Assembly (NCBI GenBank): GCA_020432045.1
Contig: JAGQHB010000024.1
Span: forward strand, 78,405 to 142,404
Direction of reading: 5' to 3'
Length of the DNA stretch: 64,000 bases
DNA from: Dehalococcoidia bacterium
GTDB taxonomy: Bacteria > Chloroflexota > Dehalococcoidia > Tepidiformales > Tepidiformaceae
Shown: positions 56,142 through 64,000 of the stretch, piece after piece
Numbering within the stretch: position 1 is the first letter of the stretch
How the letters are laid out: each line of letters begins with the position of its first letter
Notes under the pieces: generated by a model
Told to the model about the DNA's origin: nothing
What the model saw: only the letters and a program-made list of their open reading frames with translations
The model's database searches: none
Translations under genes and position numbers: made by a program

Positions 56142-56609
56142 ATGGCGCACCTGAAGGACCTGATGGTTCGGGATCTCATCACCGTTCCCGCCGATGCGTC
56201 GCTCGCCGATGCCGCTCGGCGTATGGCTGAAAACCGCGTCGGTGCCGTCCTCGTCATGAAAGGTGATGCCCTCGTTGGCATCCTCTCTGAACGCGATCTC
56301 GTGGCCCGTGTCCTCGCCCCTCGCGTCGATCCGTTGCACGCGACCGCGGGCCATGTGGCCACTTCAGCAGTCACTACCGTCGATGTGGCGGCACCGTTCC
56401 GGGAAGTGCTCCAGGTCTTTCGCAGTGGCCGCTTCCGCCACCTTCCTGTTGTGGACAATGGCAAACCGGTCGGAATCCTATCCACCCGGGACTTTCTTGC
56501 GTTCCTTGTCGACGGGTTCGAACGTCTCATCGACGACACGAACTATCGAGACCAACTTGCTGCTGGTGCCGACCCGTATGATCACATCGGTGGTGGCTAC
56601 GAAGTCTGA
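56142..56609 (+). CDS. CBS domain pair protein
   Basis: Sequence LMVRDLITVP...ENRVGAVLVMKGDALVGILSERDLV and a second CBS repeat. GAGGAG RBS upstream. Confidence 0.85.
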   Translation: MAHLKDLMVRDLITVPADASLADAARRMAENRVGAVLVMKGDALVGILSERDLVARVLAPRVDPLHATAGHVATSAVTTVDVAAPFREVLQVFRSGRFRHLPVVDNGKPVGILSTRDFLAFLVDGFERLIDDTNYRDQLAAGADPYDHIGGGYEV

Positions 56610-57141
56610 GTCTAAGGAACCGCCGGATCCCGGCCGCGCTCTCGATCTCGACGATGAGGCGCTGCTTCGCCAGTGCCGCGTCGAGACCACTCGTGGTACT
56701 GGCCCCGGCGGCCAACATCGCAACAAGACCGACTCCGGCGTGCGTCTCCATCATCTTCCCACCGGCTGCGTCGGCCAGGCATTCGAACGCCGTTCACAAC
56801 GTCAGAATCGCGACCAGGCGATCGCGAGGCTCCGCCAGGCGATCGCGATCGAACAGCGCCGTGCCGTCGAACTGACTGCGTACCGTCCTCGCCCGGCGCT
56901 TTCTGCACTACTTCCAGGTCATCCCGGCGGCACCGTCGGACCCGGCAATGCGCGCTACTGGGCAGGTGTCCAGGAGCTGCTTGATCTCTTCGCGGCCCTT
57001 GATTGCTCAGTCGGTGATACTGCCGCCCGGCTAGGTCTCAGCACCGGGGCACTCTCCCGCCTGCTCCTCGGCGCCCCCGAGCTCATGACGGCCGTCAACG
57101 CGATGCGTGCCGCGCGTGGGCTCCACCCCCTTCGCCGCTAG
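56578..57141 (+). CDS. RF-1 domain (GGQ) protein, ArfB/peptidyl-tRNA hydrolase-like with distinct C-terminal domain
   Basis: Sequence TRGTGPGGQHRNKTDSGVRLHHLPTG. ATG 56578 overlaps the CBS gene's 3' end, with GTG alternatives at 56590 and 56593. Confidence 0.7.
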   Translation: MITSVVATKSESKEPPDPGRALDLDDEALLRQCRVETTRGTGPGGQHRNKTDSGVRLHHLPTGCVGQAFERRSQRQNRDQAIARLRQAIAIEQRRAVELTAYRPRPALSALLPGHPGGTVGPGNARYWAGVQELLDLFAALDCSVGDTAARLGLSTGALSRLLLGAPELMTAVNAMRAARGLHPLRR

Positions 57142-57193
57142 GTCCGCGGCTATAATCCCGGCCAGCGGCGCTGCTGCGCCCGGTGATGCCCAG

Positions 57194-57997
57194 ATGGAAC
57201 AGCTCATAGATCGCGTCGCCGTCGTCACAGGCGCCGCCAGCGGCATCGGCCGTGGCCTTGCGCATGCGTTCGCAGATGCCGGGATGCGCGTCGTTGTGGC
57301 TGACGTCGACGCTGCTGGCGCCGCCTCCGTCGCCGCCGAACTCGCCGCGGCTGGTCATGAAGCGGTCAGTCATCGGGTCGACGTGACCGATCCAGGGTCG
57401 ATTGCTGCGCTCGCTCAGGCCGCGGTCGATGCGTTTGGCGCCGTTCACCTTCTCGCCAACAACGCCGGCGTCATGCCCGTCGGCCCGCTTGCTGAAGCGT
57501 CCGAGCACGACTGGACATGGACGTTCGACGTGAACGTCCGCGGGGTCGTTCGCTGCGTCCAGGCCTTCCTCCCGCACCTCTCTGCGAGTGCCCCGGCGCA
57601 CATCGTCAACACCGCCTCCATGGCTGGTCTGGCTCCCCGTGTAAAGGCCAATCTTGGCGTGTATTCGACCTCTAAAGCCGCCGTCGTCGTCTACTCCGAG
57701 GTCCTTCGAGCAGAGTTGGCTACCTCTGGAATCGGCGTTTCTGTGCTCTGTCCCGGACCCGTTTCGACCCGCATCTGGGAATCCGAACGGAATCGCCCGG
57801 CCCACCTCGGTGAAACTCGCTCCGTGAGCGCGCCCGAACGCGCGTCTGCTGGCCTCGATCCGCTCGAAGTCGGGCGCATGGTCGTCGAAGCCGTCCGTCA
57901 CGACCGGCCCTACATCTTCACCAACGCAGGTTCGAAGGCACGCATCGACGGGCGCATTGCCGGCCTCCAGGAAGCGCTTGGAATCGTCGAATCCTGA
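57194..57997 (+). CDS. Short-chain dehydrogenase/reductase
   Basis: Motifs VVTGAASGIGRG and catalytic YSTSK. Confidence 0.85.
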   Translation: MEQLIDRVAVVTGAASGIGRGLAHAFADAGMRVVVADVDAAGAASVAAELAAAGHEAVSHRVDVTDPGSIAALAQAAVDAFGAVHLLANNAGVMPVGPLAEASEHDWTWTFDVNVRGVVRCVQAFLPHLSASAPAHIVNTASMAGLAPRVKANLGVYSTSKAAVVVYSEVLRAELATSGIGVSVLCPGPVSTRIWESERNRPAHLGETRSVSAPERASAGLDPLEVGRMVVEAVRHDRPYIFTNAGSKARIDGRIAGLQEALGIVES

Positions 57998-58058
57998 CGC
58001 TCACGCCCGTTCGCCTCGTGCTCCTGTAGAATCGCAAGACCCTCCAAGGAGCGCACGA

Positions 58059-59261
58059 ATGGACTGGCGAGACACGCCTGAACAGGCTGAGTTCCGGGCC
58101 GAAGTTCGTGGCGTCGTCCGCGACCGCCTCCCTCGCCGCTACAAGGACATGGCCCAGAAGGGCGGCCCCGGCGAGCGTATCTGGGAGTTCGACCGCAAGT
58201 CACCCGACGCCGAATCCCGCCAGGCAGCCGTCGATTGGCACGCCGCGCTCAATGAACGTCGCTGGGTCGCGCCCCACTGGCCGGTCGAATACGGGGGCGC
58301 CGGCCTTTCGCCGATGGAGCAGTTCATCCTGAACCAGGAACTCGCCCGCGCCGGTGCGCCTCCCGTCGGCGGCTCCGGTGTCGGCATGCTGGGCCCCACC
58401 CTCATCGTCCACGGCAGCGATGACCAACGGAAGAAGTACCTCCCGCCGATCCTCGCCGGTGAAGTCACCTGGGCCCAGGGCTACTCCGAGCCAGGGTCAG
58501 GTTCCGACCTCGCCTCGCTCCAGACCCGCGCGAGCCGCGATGGAGACGACTTCGTCATCAACGGTCAGAAGATATGGACGTCCGGTGCTCACACTGCAGA
58601 TTCCATTTTCGCACTCGTCCGCACCGACGCGGAGGCCCCAAAGCACCGTGGTATCTCGTTCATCCTCATAGAGGACATCAAGTCCCCGGGCATCACCGTC
58701 CGGCCACTTGTCGACATGGGGAACCGGCACTACTTCAACGAAGTCTTCTTCGAAGACGTGCGCGTCCCCGCGGCCAACCTTGTGGGCGAAGAAAACCGTG
58801 GCTGGTACGTCGGCATGACACTCCTGGACTTCGAACGCTCCAATATCGGCGGCGCCGTCGCCGCCCGCCGCAGCCTCTCCCGGCTTCTCGATACGATCCG
58901 CGCCGACCCGGGTCTGAGAGCGTCTGTCAACGCGTCGTCCGTCCGCCACGAGATCGCCCAGCGCTACATCGAGACGGAGGTCATGTACCAGTTCTCCATG
59001 CGCATCATCTCCATGCAGAACCGGGGCCAGGTGCCGAACGACGAGGCGTCGATGTCGAAGCTCTACAACTCCGAGCTCTCGCAGCGCCTCGCACAGACAG
59101 CCATGCAAGCGACCGGGCTCCGCGGCAATCTCATGGAAGGCGACGACGCTTCTTTCGCCCATGCGTACATCGGCATGGTCCCGGCCACTATCCGCGGCGG
59201 CACCTCCGAAGTGCAGCGCAACGTGATCGCTACCCGCGGTCTCGGGCTCCCGAGGGGCTGA
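58059..59261 (+). CDS. Acyl-CoA dehydrogenase
   Basis: Sequence WAQGYSEPGSGSDLASL...GQKIWTSGAH...IRGGTSEVQRNVIA. AAGGAG RBS upstream. Confidence 0.9.
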   Translation: MDWRDTPEQAEFRAEVRGVVRDRLPRRYKDMAQKGGPGERIWEFDRKSPDAESRQAAVDWHAALNERRWVAPHWPVEYGGAGLSPMEQFILNQELARAGAPPVGGSGVGMLGPTLIVHGSDDQRKKYLPPILAGEVTWAQGYSEPGSGSDLASLQTRASRDGDDFVINGQKIWTSGAHTADSIFALVRTDAEAPKHRGISFILIEDIKSPGITVRPLVDMGNRHYFNEVFFEDVRVPAANLVGEENRGWYVGMTLLDFERSNIGGAVAARRSLSRLLDTIRADPGLRASVNASSVRHEIAQRYIETEVMYQFSMRIISMQNRGQVPNDEASMSKLYNSELSQRLAQTAMQATGLRGNLMEGDDASFAHAYIGMVPATIRGGTSEVQRNVIATRGLGLPRG

Positions 59262-59263
59262 GC

Positions 59264-60547
59264 GTGCCCGGAGCCCTCGACGGCATCCGCGTTCTCGAGT
59301 TCTCGCAGATCGTTGCGGGCCCCGTCATTGGCGTCCTGCTTTCAGACCTTGGCGCAGAAGTCGTGAAAGTTGAGCCGCTCGAAGGCGAAGCCCGCCGTAA
59401 CGCTGCCGCTGTCGTTCCTAACGAAGGTAAGTACTTCATGTCGCTCAATCGCGGCAAGCGCAGCCTCACGGTCGATCTCGCCCGGCCAGAGGGCCGCGAC
59501 ATCATCCACCGGCTCATCCCCACGTTTGACATCGTCGTCTGCAACTTCCGGGTGGGCGTCACTGCGCGTCTCGGAATCGACTACAAGAGCCTCGCCCCGC
59601 TTCGTCCTGGACTCATCTACGCGACGGTGACCGGCTTCGGTGAGACCGGGACAAATGCCACTCGCGCCGGCTCGGATATCGTTGCCCAGGCGTTCACTGG
59701 CCTCATGGCTGCCGAGGCCAAGGTGGACGATTTCGGCGCCCCTGCGCCCATCACCAGCTCGACTTTCATCGATCGCTCTTCTGGCATGGCCGCAACCATC
59801 GGCATATGTGCCGCGCTCTACCATCGTGAGCGCACCGGCGAAGGTCAGGAGATCAGCGTCTCCCTCGTCCATACGGGTCTCGAACTGCTCGCCAGCCATG
59901 TCATGCGGGAGCCCGTTCACGATGTCACCGTTCGCGACCCGCTCCTCCAGCAGTTTACGGATACGCGCTCCTCCGGTGCTCCATATTCTGAGATCGCGGA
60001 GATCCGCCGTTCACAGGGCCCGCGCTTTGCTTCTCATCGGCTCTACTACGGCGGTTACCACACGGCGCAGGGAGCCCTCGTTCTCGGCGCCCTCACGCAG
60101 CACAACCGCGACGCCATCCGTCGCATCATCGGTATGGACGACGACACCGATGCCCCAGGTTTCGATGCCGCTGATCCCGCAAGCCGCCGCAAGATTGAAG
60201 ACTACCGCCTTAAAATCCAGGAAATCCTCATGCGGCGTCCGGCCCTCGAATGGGTCGATGAGTTTGTCGCCGCTGGAGTCCCCGCGAGTGTTGTGCATTT
60301 CCCCGAGGAGATGTCTGACGACCCTCACGTGCTCGAAACCGGCATCATGGCGGACCTCGTCCATCCGCTAACCGGTCCCCAGCGTGTCGTTGGCCCAATC
60401 ATCAAAATGTCCGCGACTCCAACCGCCGCGCGCATCGCTGCGCCACCGCTAGGCGCCGACACGCGCGCAATCCTCGCCGATGCCGGGTTTGCAGAGTCCG
60501 AGATCGCCGCCCTCATATCCACCCACGCGATCTCCACGCGCGACTGA
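59264..60547 (+). CDS. Family III CoA-transferase, single domain
   Basis: GTG start 2 nt after the ACAD stop. Sequence IRVLEFSQIVAGPVIGVLLSDLGAEVVKVEP. Confidence 0.85.
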   Translation: MPGALDGIRVLEFSQIVAGPVIGVLLSDLGAEVVKVEPLEGEARRNAAAVVPNEGKYFMSLNRGKRSLTVDLARPEGRDIIHRLIPTFDIVVCNFRVGVTARLGIDYKSLAPLRPGLIYATVTGFGETGTNATRAGSDIVAQAFTGLMAAEAKVDDFGAPAPITSSTFIDRSSGMAATIGICAALYHRERTGEGQEISVSLVHTGLELLASHVMREPVHDVTVRDPLLQQFTDTRSSGAPYSEIAEIRRSQGPRFASHRLYYGGYHTAQGALVLGALTQHNRDAIRRIIGMDDDTDAPGFDAADPASRRKIEDYRLKIQEILMRRPALEWVDEFVAAGVPASVVHFPEEMSDDPHVLETGIMADLVHPLTGPQRVVGPIIKMSATPTAARIAAPPLGADTRAILADAGFAESEIAALISTHAISTRD

Positions 60548-60661
60548 TGCCCAGATCCCCGTAGTCGCCGCCGCCGCTCTGGTCGCGGGCCTCTGAACCG
60601 GGCCTCAGAACCCTGCTGAACACTATCCCTGGCCCGCGACAGCCGGACCGGGAGCGAGGGT

Positions 60662-60685
60662 GGGGGCGCCAACGCCCGCGCCCCC
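60662..60685 (+). terminator. GC-rich hairpin, candidate terminator between convergent genes
   Basis: GGGGGCGC-8 nt-GCGCCCCC followed by TTCTT on the plus strand. It lies 15 nt beyond the stop of the minus-strand ACAD gene. Confidence 0.35.
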
Positions 60686-60699
60686 TTCTTCAGCGATGC

Positions 60700-61863
60700 C
60701 TACCCCCTTGGCAACCCCAGCCCCCGCCCCGCGATAATCCCCCGCTGCACCTCGCTCGTCCCTCCCGCGATCGTCGTCGGGATGCTCCCGCTGAGTGCCC
60801 GCGCGACCCGCCCCTCATCCACGTCGTAGCCGTTTGACCCGGCGTACAGCTGTCCCTGCAGCCCGAAGAACGACACCATCGCCGTATCGAACCGCCGCGT
60901 CAGCTCACTGCTGAACAGCTTCACCATCGAAGCCTCGTAGTTGGGCACCTGTCCCCGGTCCTGCAGGCTCGCCACGTGGTACGCCATCTGCCGCGCCACC
61001 TCACTCGAGAGGTACAGGTCTGCGAACAGCGCCCGCCGCTCGTCCGTCAGCCGCCCCTTCAGCGTCGGCGCCAGCCGGATCATGCGCTGCTGCAGCGCAA
61101 CCGCCCCCGCGATCCCGCTCCGTTCGAAGTCCAGCGTCGTCATCGCGATGTACCAGCCCCGGTTCTCCTCGCCGATGCGGTACGACGCCGGCACCCGCAC
61201 GTCCTCGTAGAACGTCTCGCACAGCTCATTCCCGCCCACCATGTCGATGATCGGTCGCACCGTGACGCCGGGCACATCCATCGGCATTACGAAATAGCTG
61301 ATTCCCTTGTGCTTTGGCGCGTCCGGGTCAGTGCGCGCCAGCAGGAAGATCCAGTTACAGCTCAGCGCGTTGCTTGTCCAGATCTTCTGGCCGTTCAGCA
61401 CGTACTCATCGCCGTCACGCACCGCTCGCAGCTGCACAGCCGCGAGGTCGCTGCCCGCGCCGGGCTCCGAGAACCCCTGGCAGTAGATGTGCTCCCCCGA
61501 AAGGATCGGCGGCAGGAGTTCGTCCCGCTGCTCGTCTGTCGCATGCAGGATGATCGTCGGCCCCACCATCTCAACGCCGCGCCCGCCCGGGTGGGCACAC
61601 CCTGAGAGCGCGAACTCTTCCTTCAGCACGAACTGCTCCATCACGCTCATCCCCGCCCCGCCGTACTCCTTCGGCCAGTGCGAAGCCAACCAGCCCCGCC
61701 TGGCCACCCGGTTCCGCCACGTCTGGAAGAGTTCGTCGCCGCGTCCGTATGAATCCACCGCGGGCCGCCGCATAACGCGGTACTCACCCGGCGCTTCCGC
61801 CTCAAGGAACGCCCGCACCTCGCCCCGCCATGCCTGCTGTTCCGTCGAATCGCGGTAGTCCAT
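60700..61863 (-). CDS. Acyl-CoA dehydrogenase
   Basis: Paralog of 58059..59261: YCQGFSEPGAGSDLAAV...GQKIWTSNAL...IAGGTSEVQRGIIA. Confidence 0.9.
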   Translation of the reverse strand: MDYRDSTEQQAWRGEVRAFLEAEAPGEYRVMRRPAVDSYGRGDELFQTWRNRVARRGWLASHWPKEYGGAGMSVMEQFVLKEEFALSGCAHPGGRGVEMVGPTIILHATDEQRDELLPPILSGEHIYCQGFSEPGAGSDLAAVQLRAVRDGDEYVLNGQKIWTSNALSCNWIFLLARTDPDAPKHKGISYFVMPMDVPGVTVRPIIDMVGGNELCETFYEDVRVPASYRIGEENRGWYIAMTTLDFERSGIAGAVALQQRMIRLAPTLKGRLTDERRALFADLYLSSEVARQMAYHVASLQDRGQVPNYEASMVKLFSSELTRRFDTAMVSFFGLQGQLYAGSNGYDVDEGRVARALSGSIPTTIAGGTSEVQRGIIAGRGLGLPRG

Positions 61864-61989
61864 CTCGTTCCTCCACATCGTCCGTATCGCGAACCCACTC
61901 TAGACGAACAAATCACCCTGAACGAACGTTCCCGGCCTTCGTCATTCCCTACTGCTTGCCACCCGCACGGGCCCCGCTATCTTCGAACT

Positions 61990-62544
61990 ATGGAATCAGC
62001 CGGCTCTCTCGCCTTCGAACATCCGATCCCCGCCGGTTCCCTCCGGGCAGTCCAATGGCGTGGCCGCGCCATCCCCCTTGCGGACCTTCGCGGCCGCGAC
62101 CTCACAGACGCCGACCTCTGCTCCGTCGATGCCCGGCTGGCCGACTTTCGCGGCGCCAACCTCCGTATGGCCAACCTCTCCTACGCGGACCTTCGTTGCG
62201 CGAACTTCGAACAGGCTGACCTTTCCGGCGCCAACCTCGAGGGAGCCCGCCTTTGCTCCGCGCGCCTCGTCCGCGCCAATGTATCCGGCGCATTTCTCCG
62301 TTTCGCCGATCTAACCTGCGCCGACCTCCGCCTCTGCTACCTCGACCACGCCGATCTCGAACGCGCCTCGCTGGCCTCAGCTGATCTCTTGGGAGCGAGT
62401 CTCCGCTTCACCAATCTTTCCCACGCCCTCCTCTTTGGTGCCGCCGTCGCCCGTGCCAACTTCACTGGCGCGAACCTAACGGGCGCCAACACTGATGGCG
62501 TCGATTTCTCCCGCGCCGTGATGACAGATATCGTTCGCTCCTAG
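61990..62544 (+). CDS. Pentapeptide repeat protein
   Basis: Continuous A(D/N)LXX repeats, e.g. ANLSYADLRCANFEQADLSGANLEGARL. Confidence 0.85.
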   Translation: MESAGSLAFEHPIPAGSLRAVQWRGRAIPLADLRGRDLTDADLCSVDARLADFRGANLRMANLSYADLRCANFEQADLSGANLEGARLCSARLVRANVSGAFLRFADLTCADLRLCYLDHADLERASLASADLLGASLRFTNLSHALLFGAAVARANFTGANLTGANTDGVDFSRAVMTDIVRS

Positions 62545-64000
62545 AACAGCACGTTCTTCGCGGCCAACTCGGCCACAGCCTCGTCGCTCAGCCCAAGTTC
62601 CCCCTGGAGTACCTCGTACGTGTGCTCGCTCCACATAGGCGCGCGGACGAGCGGCAGGCGCTCCCCGTCCCACAGGATCGGCTCTTCCTGCACCAGTGCC
62701 GTCACCCCTGCCGGCAACGCCATCGCCCGGTAGCTGTCAGCCATCGCCTCGTCCGGCCCCAGAAGGTCGCCAAGGTCCTCGACTGCGCTCGCCGGGACTC
62801 CCGCCGCCTGAAGGAGTGCCGCCCCTTCCCACCGGTCACGCTCGCTCGTCCACCCCTCGAGGATCTGTTCGACAGCATCCACATCATCGAATCGGTCGAG
62901 CACCCTCAATCCCTCAAGTCCCGCGACGCCGCACAGCGCGCCCCAGTCCTCGGGCCCACGGCAGGCCACCGCCACCCACCGATCCTCCCCGGCCGCCCGG
63001 TACACACCGTGCGGCGCCATCCACTCTGAACGGTTCCCCCGCCGCCCCACCGGCCCACCGTTGTTCATCCACTCCACAAGTTCCGTATCAAGCAGGTGAA
63101 CCGATGCCTCGTACTGAGCGATCTCCAGGTACTGCCCTTTGCCAGTCCGCTCCCGCTGCAGCAGCGCCGCCATCACCTGTGTCGCCGCGAAGTACGGCAC
63201 CGTAAAGTCCGTATGCAACGTCCCCAGGCCGATCGGATCGCGCCCCGGGAATCCTGTCAGGTCCGCCAATCCGCACATCGCCACGATCCCGCTCCCGTAC
63301 GACCGCCAGTCTTTGTGTGGCCCACGAGTCCCCATCACCGCCCAGTTCGCGAGGATGATGTCTGGCTTCAACTTCTTCAGCGTCTCGTACCCTAGCCCCC
63401 ACTTGTCCAGGCGGTCCGGCGTGTAGTTCGACGTCACAACATCGGCCGTTTCGATCAGCTGCCGCGCGATCTCTATCCCCTCCGGTGTGTTGAGGTTCAA
63501 CGTCATCGCCCGCTTGTTCGTGTTCGAATCGTTGAACTGCCCGTTTGTGTTCCAGCTCGAATGGCTCGGCGGCTGCACGCCAATCTGCCGGATCGGGTCC
63601 AGCCGGTACTCCGACTCCACCTTGATCACGTCCGCTCCGAGATCCGCCAGAAGCCGGGTCGCGAGCGGACCAGCGATCGCCCAGCAGAAGTCCACGACCC
63701 GCACACCCCTCAACGGCTGATGCCGCGTCACTGCCCGGTCCGCTGTCACGTGTACCGGGACCGGTCGGTTAGTCTCACCCGCACGGTTTCCCGCGACCAT
63801 GCCACTTGCGAAGAGCGCATCGATCTCCCCGGCGCTGAATCCGCCCACGGCCGCCAGCATGGCACCCGTGTCGGCGCCAAGCCCCGGCGCCGGCCTCACC
63901 TCGCTCCCGTGCACCGTCGAAAGAAACGCCGTCCGCGGCAGTCGCACCGTCTCGCCGACGGCTGGATGCGTGACGTCTTCGAAGAACCCGCGTGCCAGCA
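62541..64000 (-). CDS. Family III CoA-transferase, probable tandem fusion; 5' end beyond window
   Basis: The complete C-terminal domain starts at VRVVDFCWAIAGPLATRLLADLGADVIKVE. The frame stays open to the window edge, and the preceding approx 85 aa (THPAVGETVRLPRTAF...GADTGAMLAAVGGFSAGEIDALFASGMV) look like the C-terminus of another CoA-transferase domain. The listed start at 63947 is only an internal GTG. Confidence 0.8.
   Translation of the reverse strand, partial: LARGFFEDVTHPAVGETVRLPRTAFLSTVHGSEVRPAPGLGADTGAMLAAVGGFSAGEIDALFASGMVAGNRAGETNRPVPVHVTADRAVTRHQPLRGVRVVDFCWAIAGPLATRLLADLGADVIKVESEYRLDPIRQIGVQPPSHSSWNTNGQFNDSNTNKRAMTLNLNTPEGIEIARQLIETADVVTSNYTPDRLDKWGLGYETLKKLKPDIILANWAVMGTRGPHKDWRSYGSGIVAMCGLADLTGFPGRDPIGLGTLHTDFTVPYFAATQVMAALLQRERTGKGQYLEIAQYEASVHLLDTELVEWMNNGGPVGRRGNRSEWMAPHGVYRAAGEDRWVAVACRGPEDWGALCGVAGLEGLRVLDRFDDVDAVEQILEGWTSERDRWEGAALLQAAGVPASAVEDLGDLLGPDEAMADSYRAMALPAGVTALVQEEPILWDGERLPLVRAPMWSEHTYEVLQGELGLSDEAVAELAAKNVLF

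Noticed and set aside
61990-62544. 15-nt periodic DNA repeat, considered as a possible repeat array or CRISPR-like element
   Set aside because: The periodicity is the coding pentapeptide repeat (A(D/N)LXX). There are no spacers or conserved direct repeats at the DNA level.

Overview
GC-rich bacterial chromosomal segment (roughly mid-60s %GC by eye, not computed). It carries about 70 tightly packed genes on both strands, many with 4-nt start/stop overlaps (ATGA/GTGA).

Acyl-CoA metabolism paralogs dominate the window:
- 6 family III (CaiB/Frc-type) CoA-transferase genes with 9 visible transferase domains; three genes are tandem two-domain fusions
- 6 crotonase-fold enoyl-CoA hydratases
- 2 acyl-CoA dehydrogenases
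- 2 thiolase-fold proteins, one lacking the nucleophile Cys and paired with a DUF35 protein
- a 3-hydroxyacyl-CoA dehydrogenase and several SDR/MDR/AKR oxidoreductases
- a single-chain BC-BCCP-CT biotin carboxylase that runs off the left edge

Interspersed features:
- a clear fluoride riboswitch in front of a CLC-F type channel
- a class III PHA synthase cluster (phasin, PadR, PhaE-like, PhaC)
- a family-5 peptide/nickel ABC importer without ATPase genes, behind a Fur-family gene and a 324-nt leader
- tRNA-Ala(GGC), hemB, hisG-hisE and fabZ
- a PCD / Ldh_2 / crotonase / PAL-like (peptidyl-hydroxyglycine lyase-like) operon
- an alpha/beta-hydrolase-class III cyclase fusion
- a compositionally atypical DUF3800-like orphan gene

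I saw no rRNA, CRISPR array, transposase, integrase or phage structural gene. Lineage cannot be assigned from the sequence alone. The paralog profile reminds me of Chloroflexota (SAR202/Thermomicrobia-like) or similar genomes, but that is only an impression.

Many of the longest ORFs in the six-frame track are antisense shadows of real genes, which is typical of high GC, and several real genes needed their 5' ends trimmed. The track also translates GTG/TTG starts as M.

Most worth a second look:
- the fused CoA-transferases whose N-terminal halves have lost the catalytic Asp
- the PAL-like operon
- the DUF3800-like orphan
- the CoA-transferase plus single-chain carboxylase operon
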